This document shows positions 26,466 through 39,084 of a stretch of DNA of 64,000 nt, in pieces. The stretch comes from Octopus sinensis (lineage: Eukaryota). A program made the position numbers and the translations under genes. The first letter of the stretch is position 1. Each line of letters begins with the position of its first letter. The notes below the pieces were generated by a model that searched no databases, had not been told where the DNA came from, and was given only the letters and a program-made list of their open reading frames with translations. The DNA is taken from contig NC_043011.1 of NCBI RefSeq assembly GCF_006345805.1, forward strand, positions 65,980,464 to 66,044,463, read 5' to 3'.

Positions 26466-26721
26466 TGATATACGCCATGATAGATCGTTAGCCACTACAC
26501 GCATTTTTTGTCTCCTTGTTTTTTTCTCTGTGTCCATTTGTGTACAAGTCTGTGGGCTCGAAACGTAAAAGACTTTTTCTATTCCTGAGCGTCATACTAA
26601 TATATCTGTTTGTTTTCTACACCACCTGACCTTGTTAAATATATCAGTCAAAATCATATATGTGGTTTTCCTTTTAGGATATGTTAGATGACAATTTATT
26701 GACCGCACAAACACACTTATG

Positions 26722-26800
<79 letters not shown>

Positions 26801-26819
26801 ATGTATGTTTGTATATATA

Positions 26820-28206
26820 AATATGTGTAAACTATTTTATGCATTCATTACGGTTGCCTCAATACATTTTCAACGGAAATGAGTTTTGTATTGTGAAGGA
26901 CATCATGACCAGCAATTAGATTCCTAGCTGAATATAAACATGTAAAAACAATGGCCCGAATGAAAGTAGTTATGTCACAAATATACTTACAATCAGAAAG
27001 CAAAGGTAACTTTAATTAATATCGGTTTTACATCGAAAGGCAGTGAGTTGGCGAAATCTTTTTGCTGTTCAAAATCTGAAGATGTCGACTTTGCCTTTGT
27101 TATGTCGGAGACAAGAGAAAACGTATCAGCTATACACTTTTCCCGATGCAATCGACTTATATTTTTAAATCCGTATTATGTATTATATTCCTTTTTTTTT
27201 TAATTCGTAATTAATATAAAAACACAAATATTCAATTTTTTAGGTGTCGCCGGTTCAGTTAGTTGTAGCACCCAGGCATTAACATTATGCAAGTCAGAAC
27301 TGAAAAATTATACGGGACACAACTTCGAAAAGAAGTATGTATTTTGGACGACTAATTCCTTTATCTGCATGTAAATTATATATAAATATACATATATATG
27401 TATACATACATACGCACATATACACACGCACACACACACGTACACACACACATACACACATACACACACATACATATATATACATATATATATACATACA
27501 TATACATAGAGCTAGAGAGAGAGATGGACATGTTATGCAAATAAACAAATTATATACATTATATATGTTAAATATAATAGCTTGTGTATGAAGAAGAATT
27601 CAAGTGTACAAAACGAGAGAATGTAAATGGTGGCGATTTTCAAGTGTTGAATTTGTATTATGAAGTATATATATATTGATATTTATATTCTTGGGTAACA
27701 GGAAAAGTACTATAATTTCGAATACGGTTTCTGGAGACTCGGGGATCCATAATACTCTTGGTAGACGTAGTTGATCGCTATGTGCAGCCGCAATTGCAGC
27801 ATCGAACATTGGATAAGACGAGACCTCGTCCGCTGAATACAGAAGAACTAACATTTTACATCTCAATGCGGAGTAGTTCAAAGATGATATGTTCCGTATT
27901 TGAATATCTCTATAATCGCTCGTCCTTATCCCACTTAGTGTCATTCTTTACATTGTGGATTGTTTCCCCCCTGTAAAAACATCGGAGTTTAGGTTTGAAG
28001 ACGTGGTTAACAACAAAGCTATCACCATAAGTGAGAAAATGTTATTCACATTCTCACTGCCAGAAATATAGAAAATTCGTAAATAAAATCATACGTCAGC
28101 TACTCACAACATCACAAGAATCTGTTTGCGCAACTGTAACACACTAGAAAAAACAACGTATACAAATTGGCTCCCATAAGCTTCCGTATATGTATATGTA
28201 TGTATG

Positions 28207-28240
<34 letters not shown>

Positions 28241-28302
28241 TGTATGTATGTGAGTATGTATGTATATATGTATGTATGTATGTATGTATGTGAGTATGTA
28301 TG

Positions 28303-28334
<32 letters not shown>

Positions 28335-29940
28335 CGAGTATGTATGTATATATGTATGTATGTATGTATGTATGTGAGTATGTATGTATGTATGTATGTA
28401 TGTGAGTATGTATGTATATATGTATGTATGTATGCATCTATGTATGTATGCATGTATGTATGTATGTATGCATGTATGTATGTATGTATCTATCTATGCA
28501 TGTAGTGTATGTATGTATGTATGTATGTATGTATATATGTATGTATATATGTATGTATATATGTATGTATGCATGTGTGTTTGTGTCCGTGGGTGCTTCT
28601 GTTTGTGTATTGTTGCGTTTGTATGTAATGAAATATGATCTCGTAAATTTAAATACCCTAAACAGATTGTCTACGTGTGTGTAACAACTTGCAGGGCATA
28701 TCCAAACACAATTTAATGTGCTATTGCACACAGTTAACCAAAAAAGTCCCTAATTCATAATAACAAATAATATGCAGATATGTGAGCATAATAGCATGTA
28801 ATAAATAAATAAATATATGTTCGTATATATAACAGAAATGGTGACGAATGCAATAAATATCTAATACATCCTGTTCACGATGATATCACATCTAAGCCAA
28901 CAGGGGTTTCTTCTCATTTTGACAATTTACTTGTTCAGAGTCGGTGTCGGTGACGACAAAGCATAAACATTTTCTTATCCCATTAACAATGAATTCCATT
29001 CCAACAATGATCTTAAAGCACATATTTTATTTCTAAAATGCTTTTCCATGATCAATCCTCCGGACGTAATTACGATGCTAACTTCTTTAATAATTAGTTA
29101 TAAAAACGGCACCGTTTACATATTCAATAACCACTAGAATTTGGAAAGTTAAATTATTTCAAAATCCTTTTGACTAGAAATAAAGAAATAAATGCAAGGA
29201 ATCTGATCATTTAAATTTCTGTAAAATTTCAGAATTAATTTCTTTCCAGGGAGTACAGAAATTATCTCGCATGCGCTAAGAAAAATGCACCAGGCTGTAA
29301 TGAAATTGTTCTGGCAGAACGCAAAGAAAGTGTAAGATATATTTTGTCATAATTTTAATAGTGGAAATTTATACCAAGGGAAGTTATGATTAAGAATATT
29401 TGATAGAGAAATTCATACAACTTTATATATAATTGGAATTGGAAATGTGAAAAATCTAAGAATTATAATGGTAAAGAATGCTTTATTATTTCGACAATCA
29501 CGAAAACCACTGGAAATAAATGTGGAAATATTTTGATGAGTTGCATCGGGTCCATTAAATAGGATTTTTCAAATATCCTTTTCTATTAACAAAATTCAAT
29601 ATTGTTATTATTCAAAACAGTAAGACTGTACGTCGGAAATCACAAGCTCGTATTGTCACACTGCATATTTCAGTTGACCAGAGGTGGTAGTTAATGAACG
29701 TCAGTGGAGTCACAGACACAACAGTGACACCGACCGATTTAAAAAATAGAGAAACCAAACCATAAAATGTAAATTTGATTAACAGAAATCATGGTGCGCA
29801 TAAGAAATAACTATGATGGAAGAGTCACTAATTTCTAAAGAAAATCACGGATTTGATTTGCAGTCTACATTTCGTTACTATTTTAATTTTTTGAAATATT
29901 TTGCATGATATGATATATGTAATGCCACAACGTGCGCAAA
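26820..29940 (+). repeat. Segmental duplication copy 1, older lower-identity block (partner about 60545-63860)
   Basis: Colinear homology at roughly 75-85% by eye, with indels. Confidence 0.88.
28926..29838 (+). pseudogene. Orphan gene module B1: exons 28926-29017, 29250-29331, 29674-29686, 29786-29838
   Basis: The 82-nt exon has ttccag|...|gtaag and encodes EYRNYLACAKKNAPGCNEIVLAERKES. The 13-nt microexon has AG/GT. The last exon encodes EIMVRIRNNYDGRVTNF*. The first exon has a CAA acceptor (broken) and a GC donor. Confidence 0.55.
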
Positions 29941-29944
29941 TACC

Positions 29945-30155
29945 TATTTCTTTACTACCAACAAGAGGCTAAACACAGAGAGGACAAATAATGACAGACA
30001 AAGGGATTAAGTCGATTATATCGACCCCGGTGCGTAATTGGTACTTATTTAATCGACCCCGAAAGGACGAAAGGCAAAGTCGACCTCGGCGGAATTTGAA
30101 CTCAGAACGTAGCGGCAGACGAAATACCGCTGAGTATTTCGCCCGAGTTTGCCAT
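29945..30155 (-). mobile_element. tRNA-type SINE, near full length
   Basis: Same family as 9558-9724, with more of the 5' head. Confidence 0.88.
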
Positions 30156-30953
30156 TTCGTCACAAATACCGGCTAACGTGTCACAGCATTCACATTTTGT
30201 ATCGCACTGAGAGGAAAACACTTTAAACGAAATGTATTTGACTTCCCAAAAATATATTAAAAACGGTTCACAAATGGCTGATAAAATACATTGTTTTTAA
30301 TCCTCATTTTATTATTAGAGACACGTGATTCCGTATACAATTGAATTTCATTGACTTCAAAGTAGATATTGTTTTCGCGGCACCAATAATTTCAATAAAA
30401 ACATTTTATGTAAAATAAACATATATTGTTTTTGCAATGTTTATATTCTTAACATTTTAGCCACTTATCTCCCAGAAATGGTTATAAAAAAATGAGAAAA
30501 ATTATTTGGTAACTTTAGTGATTTGTATGCAAACTATCTTGAACAATATTCAATGAATTATTTTCAGCTTATTACGAATCTTTTTATGAAGTTAGATTCA
30601 ATCCATTTTTGGTCATTTATATCCATTCATTTATTTTGCTAAGTTAATTTCTTTTCACTTAACATTTGCATTGCAATTTCAGGAAGGAAGAGGTTCCGTT
30701 AATCGGGAGAAGGTATATGTTTTATTATTTTTTCCTAAAAGATCTTTTATTGCAATAATCATTATATAAATTCCATATAGCATCAACTATAAAATTCCAT
30801 AGCATTTATAGCCATACAGATATTTCCATCTAAGTTGATATATTAGAGAGTTACCGATTTTTAATTAGCTTAACATCTTAATAGTTTTTACATTATGTAG
30901 GCTAGTATTTTATGCAATTTAAATATATTAACTGCTAAATCCAGCAAGCGTGC

Positions 30954-31062
<109 letters not shown>

Positions 31063-31394
31063 TGTGTGTTTAATATAATATAATATAATATAAAAGAGTG
31101 AAACATTACAGAAGGCTTGTGTTATATGGTTAAAGAATATATTTAAATCGTTATGTTAGAAAAATGTTTTAAAACGTTGCGTATAGCAACATAGTTTTTG
31201 GAGAAATAACCGATTTCGTATTTTCTTTTAACATTTCTCAAATATCTTTACCTATCTCGTGTCATGTCTTCGAGCGAAGACATGAGATTTTAAATATGTT
31301 CTTTAACCATATAACACAAGCCTTCTGTAGATTTTTCTCCCTTTTTTTATTTTTTAAACATCCAAACAAGTGCTTTCATATACCAACTCTCTCA

Positions 31395-31460
<66 letters not shown>

Positions 31461-31486
31461 CTTTTTAAATCGATAATGTTAGTAAT

Positions 31487-32260
31487 ATTCTTCCCATTCA
31501 TAAATATATTTGTAGTATTTATTTGGTACTATATAACTACGGATCGACTATTTCATTAAGTATTTTATATTATTATATTATAACTATACGGTTTTTGAAA
31601 ATTATTAGTTGGCTAGCGTGATATATAGATTGTTAATTTGTTATAGCATTCGTGTTTTATTTACAATTAGCTATTTCATCTTTAATCTTTTAATATGTTT
31701 ATTAGTAATAATGAATAATTAATTTATTAGGTATTTATTATACGTGCATATATATTTATTGATAAAGATAATTTTATATCGTAATTATAATATTTATATA
31801 CATTTATATATTTTCAGTGATAATTTATATATTATTCAAATATTATATATTTAATAATATGAAAGGGTTTTTGGTCGTAAAATATTTCTGTAATTAGATA
31901 TTGACTATAACAGATATTAGATTATTTATGGGCTTCTTCCCTTAAACATTAATACTTAAAAATTAATAATTAATATTTTACATTATAATCGATTGTATGA
32001 CATAATCATAATCGTTAAGTTCCTAGTTTGATAATATAGTTTTTATCAGAAAAAGTTTGTTTATTGCTTAAAAAATATTGTTTAAATATTTCTGATTATT
32101 TATTTAAATATTATAATTAACCTGAAGATTGACTATAACCATAATTCGAATTACTAATTGAATTTAAATTATTGTTATTCGAATTGGTATATGGGCATGA
32201 AACGATCGTAGTGGTTTTACTCTTTATTATATATTAAACTTTTAATACTATTTGATAGTT
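31487..32260 (+). mobile_element. Very AT-rich non-coding repeat ending in a hammerhead (second copy about 46151-47085)
   Basis: Colinear similarity to 46170-47030. A hammerhead motif lies near the 3' end. No ORF. Confidence 0.65.
32116..32216 (+). ncRNA. Type I hammerhead ribozyme, very long stem II, weak stem I
   Basis: CTGAAGA-TTGACTATAACCATAATTCGAAT...ATTCGAATTGGTATATGGGCAT-GAAA-CGATCG-TA-GTGGTT. Stem I has only about 2 good pairs. Confidence 0.55.
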
Positions 32261-32290
32261 ATATTTAATATAAAAATAATAATAATAATG

Positions 32291-32350
<60 letters not shown>

Positions 32351-32559
32351 GAAATATACAGATATATATATATATATATATTTAAAAATTTATAAGTATA
32401 AATTATTAACTTAAATACTTTTTAAATATTAACTTTAATTTAAATATATTAAATTTTGAATTTTATATCTTATATATTTTTTATTAATTAATTTTATTTT
32501 TATGTATTGGTTTATAATTTTCAGTTTGATTTGCTTATAGGGGTTTTATCTCTAATATA

Positions 32560-32596
<37 letters not shown>

Positions 32597-32599
<3 letters not shown>

Positions 32600-35560
32600 C
32601 ACCACTGTGCAAGACCACCACAGTCAACAGACACGGGATGGCCTCCCCTAATTTCTGCACAGCCATCACCCCAATACTTTTAGTAAACATTGGGGACCTG
32701 TTGCATCAAAGTAGAAACAAAACTTCTTTCCTCAGAGATCTTACTGCATGCATTCAAGCCCTATGCATAGCACTCGTGGAGACTCACATCAGCCCTGATA
32801 TAGAAGACGCAGAAGTACACATACCAAACTATGCCATACTGCGAACAGACAGAAGGGAAAAGAGCCATGGTGGAGTTGCTGTGTACATCCGAGATGACCT
32901 CACACCCCAGGTCTTGATGACATACTGAAAATTCGGTATGTGACACCTTAATTGTATACATAAGACAACATAATATAGTCATATGCAATACATATTGCCC
33001 ACCTGTTGCCCCAAATCTGAAGAACACACGTGACCATATTTCGTATGGGTGATTTCAACTTCCCCAACGTCAAATGGCCCGAAGGTCACATACTCTCAGG
33101 AATGAATCATTGCAAGCAAGTACAGGTGGAGTCCCTGCTCACACTCACCAATGCCTTATTCATGGAGCAACTTGTACTCAAGCCAACTAGGGCGAATGAC
33201 ATTCTGGATCTGTGCTTCAAGAACAATATGGACATCATTCATGATGTGAAAGTGACACCGACATCAGTTTCGGACCACAACATAATAGAGCTGTCTATGT
33301 TTGGGCCAAAAGTAACCAGAGACATACAGCCTAAAGGAAGCACCCGAAATCTCTCCAATCTGAACTTCCACAAAGGAGATTGGAAATCGATCCAAAAAGA
33401 GATCCTCAGAGAGGACTGGCTCGGATGTCTCTCCACAGCAGACATTGACATGAAACTAGAATGTTTTATGTCTTCTGTGCAAGCCGTATGCCAGAAATAT
33501 GTCCCAAAGCACAAAGCCAAAACAAATAGGAGCAAGATTCCAATAGACAGGAAGATCCTCATGAGACGACGGACGAAGGTTGCAAATCGTCTCAACCAAC
33601 ATCCCAAAAGTAGTGAAACGTCTCGCCTAAAAACAACACTGATGGAGATCGAATAAAGGCTGCAACAAAGAGAAAGCAGACAAAGAAGCCTGGGTTATAA
33701 AAAACATTAAATCAAACCCAAAGGACTTCTTTCTTTACGCGAAAGGAAACAGTCTCAGTACACTACAAAATAGGACCCCTCCTCCAAAAGGATGACTCCC
33801 TCACAGACAGTCCAACTATGATCAGTGAGATGCTGAATGACCAGTTCAAAAGTGTCTTTACCATCCGGTTGGAACACAGACAAGTGAATGAACCAGTGGA
33901 CTTCTTTGCCGCCTCACCTATAACCAGCGAGGCGTTTCCAATAGAATGTATTGACATTAGTGAAGATGTCCTACTAGCCATAGATGTAGTGGACACAAAC
34001 CCAGCTGCTGGTCCAGACGGTTTCCCAGCCATCCTCCTCAAAGCGTGTAAGCATGCCCTGGCAAAATCCCTCAAGATTCTCTTCCAGAGCTTTCTTGCGA
34101 ATGGCAAACTGCCAAGCAAGCTGAAGCAGGGATTAATATGCCCAATACATAAAGCAAAGTCATGGAAAGGATAGTCAGAAAGAAACTAATCGCATTCCTT
34201 GAGGAAAATAACTTGCTGAGTAATACCCAGCATGGTTTTCGACCAGGTAGGAGCTGCCTGACCCAGCTCTTACATCATTTATGACTGGGTGTTGAGGCAG
34301 TTACTCAACAAATCAAATGTGGACGTAATCTACATTGATTTTGCAAAAGCCTTTGACAATGTGGATCATGGTATGATATGCCACAAACTACGTGGCCTCG
34401 GCATAGCTGGAAAACTTGGAGTGTGGTTGCATGACTTCAGGCAGTAGTGGTTAATGGATCCACCTCTATGAACACACAAATAGTGAGCGGTGTACCACAG
34501 GGCACTGTCTTGGGACCACTGCTTTTTATAGTGGCCCTCTCAGATATGCCCTCAAATGCCCGGATAGCCACTCTGGCCAGCTATGCAGACGATACGAAAG
34601 TCTCGCAGAAAATACAGAACCCCAGCGATGTTGCACACCTGCAGCAGGAGTTGGACTCAATCTACAGATGGGCTGAGGATAATAATATGCAGTTTAATGC
34701 TGAAAAATTCCAGGCCCTGCGCTACCAGCATCCAAAACTGAATATTAAACATACAGGATACACCGGTCCACAGGGAATTTCAATCTCAGATCCTAAGTCT
34801 GTTAGTGACCTGGTTATCGACATGAGTGATAATACCTCTTTCCAAGTCCACATTACCAGGATGGCGACAAAGTGCAGACGACTAGCTGGGTTCATCCTAA
34901 GAACATTCAGAACCAGATATAAGGAAACCATGATGGTCCTCTGGCGGACATTCGTCCTCAGTCGCCTGGATTACTGCTCACAGCTATGGTCACCCACCAG
35001 AGTAAAATTAACAGCGGACCTTGAAGCAATCCAGAGAAGATTCACAAAGAAGATCGTCTCTTTGCAACAGCTCAGTTACTGGGAAAGGTTGAAACAGCTA
35101 AGACTCTACTCCCTAGAGAGAAAACGGGAGAGGTATGCAGTAATATACGTCTGGAAGATCCTGGAAGGAATTGTGCCAAATTTTGGCATTGTAAGCTACA
35201 CCAATGCTAGAACGGGACGACACTGCATAGTGCCAAAGATCCCAGCAATGCCATCACGCTTCAGGACCAGCTTCTGAAACAGCCTGGGTTTCAAGGGCCC
35301 ACAGCTTTTTAATATTCTCCCAAAGAGTCTGAGGAACTTGCACAAAGTAGATGTAGTGGTTTTTAAATCAAAGCTGGACATCTTCCTGTCAAGAGTCCCA
35401 GATGAACCTACCTCACGGCAAGAGGTGCAAATGCGAGTAGCTCTATTAAACTCCATTCTTCACCAAGTGCCACATATTAGACGAGGTTCATCGCAATAAC
35501 AGTGTAGCACAAAACGGCGGTGCATCAGCATGGCCGCAGCTCTGAGCTGAAACTAGAATA
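32597..35560 (+). mobile_element. 5'-truncated, degenerate APE-RT LINE (CR1/L2 supergroup-like, second family) between TA arrays
   Basis: APE motifs ALVETH, GDFNFP, LDLCF and SDHN. RT motifs AGPDGFP, GVPQGTVLGPLLF and YADD. Multiple stops and frameshifts. Confidence 0.9.
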
Positions 35561-36027
35561 TATATATAGGGAATGTAAATATGATTTCTTCTTTTTTGCT
35601 TGGACACTGATTTTTTAACTATACGTTTCCCTTATTTGAAAAGTAATTTTTAAAAGATTTTCTAAAAGATGAACTTTTATTTTTACATTATATAATACTT
35701 ATATATATGCTTCCTATATATATGTTTTAAAAAATATTTTTATATACCTATATATTTATATATTACTTTATACTATATTTTTACGTATTTATTTTCTAGG
35801 TGTTGTAATGTTTTTTTAAAAAATATATATTTCATAATCGCTAAAGTATTAACATTAACCGTGATGGACTGTATTCACACATTTTTCTCGCACTTTCTTA
35901 TATGCTTGTACAGATGTGTTTTGTGTCATCTTCTGTGATATCATAAATGTATATTCTATGATTAAATGTTCAAGATATGAAATGTTATGTGGATGACCTT
36001 GCATTTTTTTGTTCTGCAACATTAGTT

Positions 36028-36074
<47 letters not shown>

Positions 36075-36278
36075 AGTAATTGAATGAATTATCTTATTAA
36101 GGATAATTCGAAAGATAACCGATACCTGGGTAGCAAATTCACATCAGAAAGAACACGGTTGAAGCTACGTCCCTAGGGCATGGTCTACGTGTCTTCGTGC
36201 GGAAATTTGTATGTTTATTTTAAAATTATAAGTATATGAAAGAATGGAGTTGAACGACTATTTAACAAATATCCTTTA

Positions 36279-36361
36279 TTCCCGACATATGTTTCGAAGG
36301 CTGCATATTCCTAATTCCGAAGGAATAAGGAGTACATTATGCAGATTTCTCATCAGGAAAA
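36279..36361 (-). ncRNA. Type I hammerhead ribozyme, canonical core, GUC site
   Basis: TTTTC-CTGATGA-GAAATCTGCATA...TATGCAGCCTTC-GAAA-CATATG-TC-GGGAA. Confidence 0.78.
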
Positions 36362-36450
36362 TCAAGGAACTTATGTCGACATCAAAATGCACAAAAAACT
36401 TTTAGCTGACCGCTCTCATTCGCATTTTGATGTCAACATAAGTTCCTTGA

Positions 36451-36533
36451 TTTTCCCGATGAGAAATCTGCATAAAGTACTCCTTATTCCTTCGGAATTG
36501 GGAATATGCAGCCTTCGAAACATATGTCGAGAA
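36451..36533 (+). ncRNA. Hammerhead copy with U4C core change (CCGATGA)
   Basis: Mirror of 36279-36361. The core mutation probably impairs activity. Confidence 0.6.
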
Positions 36534-36579
36534 TAAAGGATATTTGTTAGCTAGTCGTTCAACTCCATTGTTTCATATA

Positions 36580-36615
<36 letters not shown>

Positions 36616-36622
<7 letters not shown>

Positions 36623-37535
36623 TAGTGTATATTTATACACATAAGGAATCCACTTTTACGTGAATTCAACACATCAGAAAGAACAGCTAGTTTCTGTAAA
36701 CCACAAAAATAACGGATAAAATTCGACAGGAATAAATTTGGAAATGAAAAACATTTACCCTCTCGTACCCTGGACCAATTGGTTTCTGATCATGTTCTAG
36801 CGAGTCAGGGGGAAATCACAATGTCTGATTTTCTTCAGCAAGGTCCAACCAAGGATTAAACATATTCAACAGGAGACAAACAAGGCTTTTTCTCTCGTGT
36901 TCATACGAACTAACTCTCCAATTTTACTGCACAGACGCAGTCCATTCGCAGGGTATATTGAAAATCCGCCAACTTTTAACCCCAAATTATCCAAAAACTT
37001 ACAGTATTTAATCATATCAAAGGGAAATGGAATTTAATTAAAATTAAAATATTCAATCAAAATTTGCATTTCCAGTGGTCTAACGAGTCAGGGGGAACTC
37101 ACAAGGTCTGATTTTCTTCAGCAAGGTCCAACCTAGGGTTAAACATATTCAACAGGAGTCAAACAAGGCTACTTGTCTCGTGTTCATACGTGGATGTTGC
37201 TGAAGATAATTAGACCTTGTGAGTTCCCCGTGACTCGCTAAAACATGATCAGAAAACAATTGGTCCAGGGTACTAGATGGTAAATGATTTTCATTTCCAA
37301 ATTTATTCCTCTGAAATTTTATCCGTTATTTTTGTGGTTTACAGAACCTAGCTGTTCTTTCTAATGTGTTGAATTCACGTTAAAGTGGATTCCTTATGTG
37401 TATAAATATACACTATATTGTATGACTAATATATAGTCTTCTTGACTAAATTTTTGGCACGTTAAACCACTGGAAATCTAAAGTTTGATTGAATATTTTA
37501 ATTTTAATTAAATTCCATTTCCCTTTGATATGATT
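36616..37535. repeat. Complex fold-back: two inverted pairs plus one direct repeat
   Basis: 36616-36841 is inverted at 37197-37422. 37010-37085 is inverted at 37460-37535. 36802-36907 is directly repeated at 37085-37190. Confidence 0.9.
36767..36844 (-). ncRNA. Type I hammerhead ribozyme, CUGAAGA core, GUC site
   Basis: ACCTTG-CTGAAGA-AAATCA...TGATCA-GAAA-CCAATTGG-TC-CAGGGT. Stem I is 6 bp and stem III is palindromic. The base of stem II is mismatched. A degenerate mirror lies at 37194-37271 (+). Confidence 0.62.
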
Positions 37536-38049
37536 ATATATATATATATACATATATGTATATATATGTATACATATATGTATATATATATGTATGTATA
37601 TATGTATATATATATATATGTGTGTGTGTATATATGTGTATACGTATGTATGTGAGTGCTTTTTTGTTTGTGTTGTGTATGTATGTCTGTGTGGAACTTT
37701 TGGGCCTAATTGTTATATGCCCATTGATGCTTTGAGCAAAGCACATTTAGACTTTGGACTACGTGCAGCTTATTCAGGGATGGGGTCTACTTCCCTCAGT
37801 GTTAATTGAGATAACAATATTACTTTTGAAGGAAAGGACAAAATATTTCGCACTAAGTTTTATTCATTACGTCTATCGTTTCGACTCATCCCGCACCCGC
37901 CGTAAGGGGTAGAGCATTTTGTATCGAATAGTACCGCATCGAAATGTATATTATGAGTACATGGGGTACATGCATAAAAAGGGGATATACTAAGATGTCT
38001 TAGGCGTATTGTTTCACAGGTTCAACATGTCCATGTGTATATCTCTCTC

Positions 38050-38137
<88 letters not shown>

Positions 38138-38689
38138 CACATGAAAGACAGAGGATGGAATATAGGAGAATATAATATATTATTAATGAAATCAATTGTT
38201 TCGACATATCAAGCATCAACTATTTTGGGACAAAGAAAAACTGGCACAGGAGTATCCGGCGGTGCAGACGTATCTCATCGAATGTTAAATGGATAAAAAC
38301 CATCGCGTTGAAATGACAGTTCCATAATGCAAATGTTCGTTTTGCAGAGAGAAGAAAAGCCAGACAGAGGAAAAATCTTCATATTTGTAGAAGATTCAAA
38401 AATAAAATTGCAGAAGACAAAAAGCGAAAGAAATATTTAATCCATCGAGAAAAGTATTAAATATATATGTATGTATGTATATATACACATATACACACGA
38501 ACAACATACCCTTGGCATCTCAGTATCACTAGTGGTAACATCGCATCTATGCTTGTACTTCACGTGAATCAAACTACGGAGATTGATTCGTCTTTATCCG
38601 ATGCAGAAAATCCTACCCACGACAGGATGAAACGATCGTCGTAAACACAAAAGACAAGTGTTAAATACATTGTCCGTCGCCTTCATTAA

Positions 38690-38703
38690 TTATTGTTATT
38701 ATA

Positions 38704-38770
<67 letters not shown>

Positions 38771-38792
38771 TTATTTTTATTATTATTATTAT
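38690..38792. repeat. (ATT)n microsatellite
   Basis: Directly visible. Confidence 0.95.
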
Positions 38793-39084
38793 TGAGTGAG
38801 AGAGCAGTTCATGCCATCAAAGTGACACTGGGGTAAAATATACGAAGTCCAATATACCCATCATGACTACATCACAACCATATGTGCGCGACATGGTGAT
38901 CTCATATCAAGAAAAACAGCACATGACCTTGCAGGTGGGGCCCAGTTAGAATTTTCTTCAGGTTGAGTAGCCCATCCCGCTCAAACGATCCCTGAATAAG
39001 GGTTGTTTAAGGATGTTGAAAGAACCACCCATGTTTCCAGAGGTGAACTATTCAAACCCCAAAGAATCCCTCTCAACACATGGC

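Larger units (their letters stand above)
36227..36585. repeat. Inverted repeat, 164-bp arms with 31-bp spacer
   Basis: 36227-36390 matches the reverse complement of 36422-36585 with a handful of mismatches. Confidence 0.95.

Noticed and set aside
26541-26575. GGGCTCGAAACGTAAAAGAC, the 3' half of a hammerhead
   Set aside because: There is no CUGANGA-like core upstream (TACAAGT), so at most it is a decayed remnant.
38593-38645. TTTAT-CCGATGC...ATCCT/AGGAT-GAAACGATCGTC-GTAAA
   Set aside because: Stems I and III fit, but the core has two changes and extra unpaired bases. It is probably a dead hammerhead and is not called as a feature.
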